DNA of 64,000 nucleotides from an uncultured bacterium (GTDB lineage: Bacteria > Acidobacteriota > HRBIN11 > JAKEFK01): NCBI GenBank assembly GCA_963777505.1, contig CAVZQN010000008.1, positions 224,001-288,000 of the forward strand, in the 5' to 3' direction. The notes under the pieces are model-generated. The model was not told where the DNA came from and searched no databases. It saw nothing but the letters and a program-made list of their open reading frames with translations. The translations under genes and the position numbers were made by a program. Below are positions 62,487 to 64,000 of the stretch, piece by piece. Positions within the stretch are counted from its first letter, which is position 1. Each line of letters begins with the position of its first letter.

Positions 62487-63346
62487 CATTTCCATATAAA
62501 GTCGTTGGACTCTTTACCAAACCTTCCTATCCGAAAATCGAAGAGCTGATGGCCAAAATCAGTGATTGGATGAAGTCACGAAATTGTCAGTTAGTTGCAA
62601 TCGAAGGTGCCGCTGCTTTTCCTGGTGTGAGGTATGTAACGAAAGAAGAATTCTTAAAAAATGTTCAAATGATTCTCGTTTTGGGGGGAGATGGAACATT
62701 TTTAGGAGCCGGACGCATCTCACTGTCTCGTAACATTCCTGTGCTTGGTGTAAATCTGGGGCGTCTTGGATTTTTAACGGAAATTACAATTGAAGAATTA
62801 TTCCCGGTATTAGAACGGATTGAAAAGGGTCAAATCTTATTGGAAACACGCGATGCTTTGCAAGTGCGTGTAAAAAGAAAAGATGAAATTTTATTTGAAG
62901 ATCATGTAATCAACGATGCCGTGGTTTCCAAAACCGCAATTTCAAGACTTCTGGAGATTGAAACCAGAGTTAATCATAACTTTCTGGCGCTTTTTAAAGC
63001 CGATGGATTGATCATTTCAACACCAACGGGATCAACAGCATATTCTCTTGCTGCCGGCGGTCCGATTGTGTTTCCAACGATGGATGCAATCATTATGACG
63101 CCAATCTGTCCTCATAGTTTGAATCAACGTCCGCTGGTGATTCCAGATACATTTACAATTTCTGTTCATATTCAAACCCCTCCGGAAAACTCCACGCTGA
63201 CCCTTGATGGTCAAATTGGAAGATCTTTGGAGGTAGAGGAATACGTTGAAATCGAACGCAGCCCTTTCTCGTTCAATGTCATCAAATCCCCTTTCCGGTC
63301 CTACTTCGATATTCTGAAAAGCAAACTCCGCTGGGCAGAAATCTGA
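62483..63346 (+). CDS. nadK: NAD kinase
   Basis: GGDGT, GRLGFL, TPTGSTAYSLAAGGP. Confidence 0.95.
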   Translation: MTFPYKVVGLFTKPSYPKIEELMAKISDWMKSRNCQLVAIEGAAAFPGVRYVTKEEFLKNVQMILVLGGDGTFLGAGRISLSRNIPVLGVNLGRLGFLTEITIEELFPVLERIEKGQILLETRDALQVRVKRKDEILFEDHVINDAVVSKTAISRLLEIETRVNHNFLALFKADGLIISTPTGSTAYSLAAGGPIVFPTMDAIIMTPICPHSLNQRPLVIPDTFTISVHIQTPPENSTLTLDGQIGRSLEVEEYVEIERSPFSFNVIKSPFRSYFDILKSKLRWAEI

Positions 63347-63623
63347 ACCGCAAAGACACAAAAAAAATTGCTACATAGTGAAAAGATCATAGCGAGTATA
63401 AGGGGCAGTCTCGGGGAAATGTACGACCGTATAAATCCTAGGTTGACAACGCATCAACCCCGTGTCATTAGTCATAAACTTGCATCTGGATAATTAGTGG
63501 TTCCAACCGTAGTGAGTTATGATTGCGAAGGAAATGAAGACGAGCCCTTCATGCTCCCATTTATGACGAGACAAACTGTCTAAAATCAACGAGCTAACAT
63601 TCTCTTTGAGCGGAGTTACTGAC

Positions 63624-64000
63624 ATGAGATTTTTAATTTTGTTCATGGTTCTTGCATTGCCTTTTGCAAACGCCGACGTCAGGTTCGAGGGTGCAGAAGG
63701 TGGAAGTAGAGACGTTTACCTTGAGAAAGGACAGGTATGGGAAAAAAGGGACATACAGAACATCAATATTTTGCTTGGGCCTAGCAGCTCGAATCCAATT
63801 CTTCCAGGGGCCGAAATTCGGTGTCGTTACGTAGAATGGAAGAAACCTCCTGTCGGCGCAACACAGAAATTTAATTGTGCACTCGAAAGCGGGGAGATTG
63901 TTCGGATTAAATATGGAATAGACAATCGAGAAATATTTGCCGAAGTGGTTGCTTCACGGCTTTTTTGGGCCTTGGGCTTCTCCCCGGATGAAGTTTATTC
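63624..64000 (+). CDS. Secreted protein with a kinase-N-lobe-like motif (3' truncated; absent from the ORF track)
   Basis: GGAG RBS; open frame MRFLILFMVLALPFANA-DVRF...GATQKFNC...VRIKYG...EIFAEVVASRLFWALGF to the window end. Confidence 0.75.
   Translation, partial: MRFLILFMVLALPFANADVRFEGAEGGSRDVYLEKGQVWEKRDIQNINILLGPSSSNPILPGAEIRCRYVEWKKPPVGATQKFNCALESGEIVRIKYGIDNREIFAEVVASRLFWALGFSPDEVY

Overview
Gene-dense chromosomal window from a Gram-negative bacterium (lpxB, type IV pili). The gene content (short PheT, BMC shell operon, zapB-zapA-6S-rny synteny) suggests an Acidobacteriota-like lineage; this is inference only. Most of it is housekeeping: lpxB, glyA-rpiB, clpB-htpX-groL, a glycosyltransferase/wcaJ/ugd surface-polysaccharide cluster, pilB-pilT-pilC-pilS-pilR, tRNA-Val, thrS-infC-rpmI-rplT-pheST, zapB/zapA-6S RNA-rny-ymdB-xseAB-ispA-tlyA-nadK. 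I saw no CRISPR array, prophage or transposase. The most interesting items are: (1) a frameshift-masked gene encoding three 24-aa Pro/His/Trp repeats, directly upstream of an OvoA-C-terminal-like methyltransferase and a TPR Ser/Thr kinase, a candidate peptide-modification system; (2) a minimal microcompartment operon (1 BMC-H, 3 BMC-P, 1 amidohydrolase); (3) at least 15 copies of an 18-bp intergenic repeat, three of which bracket an orphan gene lying between zapB and zapA; (4) a Clp ATPase whose NBD2 pore-loop tyrosine is replaced; (5) several structured 5' leaders. All calls come from reading the sequence; no database searches were run.
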